This document shows positions 62,232 to 64,000 of a stretch of DNA of 64,000 bases, piece after piece. The notes beneath the pieces are model-generated. The model saw only the letters and a program-made list of their open reading frames with translations, had not been told where the DNA came from and did no database searches. This DNA is from Zygnema circumcarinatum SAG 698-1b (taxonomy: Eukaryota; Plantae; Zygnematophyceae). The DNA lies in NCBI GenBank assembly GCA_037447605.1, contig CM074813.1, forward strand, positions 1,488,001 through 1,552,000, in the 5' to 3' direction. Position 1 is the stretch's first letter; each line of letters begins with the position of its first letter. Both the position numbers and the translations under genes were made by a program.

Positions 62232-64000
62232 ATGGCTGCCTACCCCACTCTCACGGCCCGACTGCCCACTCCCAGCAGCAAGGGAGTATCCCCTTGGAAG
62301 AAGCCTCGCAGCTACTCGTTGGCAATCATCAGGTGGTCTATTTTGTGGTTCATTGCAGGAATTGTAGCTACCAGGGTGACGGAATTCGCAGTGTTCAAGA
62401 GTAGGGTTGATAGTAGCCTTCAGTTGCGGGAGAGCATGCCGACAATGACAAGCATAAGGCCCAGATTCGTTTTATTTGGTGATTCCCTAACACAGCAGTC
62501 ATTTCGGGAAGGAGGGTGGGGGGCTTCTTTGCAGGATCTGTACTCTCGACAGGCAAGCTCCTCTTGTTTTGACCTTTATATGATTCTTGAAAGCTTCTCA
62601 TGAATCGGATAACGATCATAAAAATCATTTTTTTTTCCTCTCATCATTTCAGCTTTTATGTAGCGTTCATGTCATCAAATTCGCTGTTGGAAGCATTCCA
62701 CAAGCACCAACAAATGCTGTGGCAAACATTCAACAAGAATCACATTCAAGCAAGAAGCGTGTTCATTTTATAAAAAAAAATTCACTATGCTTGCAACATT
62801 TTGCAATCAGCAGCAACAATGACTCGCTGAAGCATTCATTGGTACATTTGTTTGCATTTTAGTTTTGCATGGACTAGGACAATGTCGTTTTTAGTTTTGT
62901 GTTCAAGCCAATTTTCTGCCTTCTTGTTGATGCTCGTTAAAAAGTATGAGTATAAGTACAAGCAAACAATTTTTTCATGCTAGTTGATACAGACTTGCAT
63001 CACAAATGCGGTTTATCAATCTCACTTCCGTCTCTGTTGTGCTCGAGTACTGTGCAGGCCGATGTGGTAGTCAGAGGTTATGGAGGTTACAATACGAGGT
63101 GGGCATTGTTTCTTCTAAACAAGATATTCCCAAAGGTTGGTTGTTTTTTCTCAAACTCGCGGAATTTGACAGGAAGGACGAGTGACAACCAGAAGTCAGG
63201 GTCGACTTTTGGCTGAAACGGAGCTTTTTTGTGGCCAGGATGCGCATTACTCGTGATTCAAATGCTTTCTATAATTGCAATATGCACAACCGCACTTGCG
63301 GGCTTGTTTCTCCCTTATCGTTTGACTTCGTTTGGAAGACGTCGGAAGTGCTGCACAGGAACGCTCACCCTGTTTGCGTATTGCAAATGTGAAGTCCAGT
63401 GCAATGAGCTTTACGTTTGTCATGCTGTGGCACCTTAAGTCTCATCGCCTACCTCCCTTTTCTTAATCTCAAATCTGTCGTTTAATTTTTAAATAAAGTT
63501 GCCCCGCTTTGTCTCCACTTTGAATATTTTTTGTTTAAAGTATGCAGGTGAATGATGGCTCCTCCCCGGCGCTTGTTACCATCTTCTTTGGGGCCAATGA
63601 TGCTGCATTGCCTGATCTTCAAAGCAAGCGCCAGCATGTGCCTGTTCCAGAGTACAGCTCCAATCTGAATAAAATTATCGACCATATTCAGGTATGTCAA
63701 GGCATGAATACATGATGAAACTATGAATCTACATTGGATTCCTTCTTCTTTTGAAGAACTGAAGTCGGATAGAATATTAAAGAGAGCAACCTGTCATCTT
63801 CTGATCCTTAAGAGTTAGAAGCGGCCTTCCATTGATGGTACTGGCAAAATCAATCGTGCACTTTTTGCGGCTTTCGGCTATGGAGCAATTGCTCGATAAC
63901 CTATTCATTTCCTTTCAATGCTTTTGAAGAATCGTACAGTGTCACCTTATGATGACATTTGAAAGTTTACTCTCCTTCTCTATCTGCCCATTTGGTGAAC
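62232..64000 (+). CDS. SGNH/GDSL esterase, IAH1/CPRD49-like (partial, runs off window)
   Basis: RPRFVLFGDSLTQQSF, GWGASL, ADVVVRGYGGYNTRWAL, LVTIFFGANDAALP, QHVPVPEY. Exons 62232-62552, ~63058-63135, ~63549-63690. Confidence 0.9.

Overview
Eukaryotic nuclear DNA, not prokaryotic: intron-rich genes with plant-type homologues and U12 introns point to a streptophyte alga or early-diverging plant (inference). Most ORFs in the supplied track are exon fragments or shadow frames. The window has three zones. (1) 1-18 kb is a retrotransposon nest with five 10-N scaffold gaps. A minus-strand Ty3/gypsy element is interrupted by two Ty1/copia insertions, one a 10.5-kb LTR-to-LTR block with an imperfect GAAAC/TAAAC target duplication. 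(2) 18.4-22.8 kb is a 19-exon gene joining a DEK-type chromatin-binding N-terminus in frame to a complete HEAT INTOLERANT 4 (HIT4) domain; this is the most unusual coding feature. It is followed at 23-26.5 kb by nested pogo/Tc1-like MITEs containing a gypsy solo LTR, plus another MITE. (3) 27-64 kb holds three head-to-head gene pairs: FNR-like oxidoreductase/Tic22, U1-70K/FANCM and UBP23-like protease/GDSL esterase. These carry three U12-type introns (one AT-AC) and three GC-AG introns. Gene models were read by eye and family names come from motif recall, not database searches.
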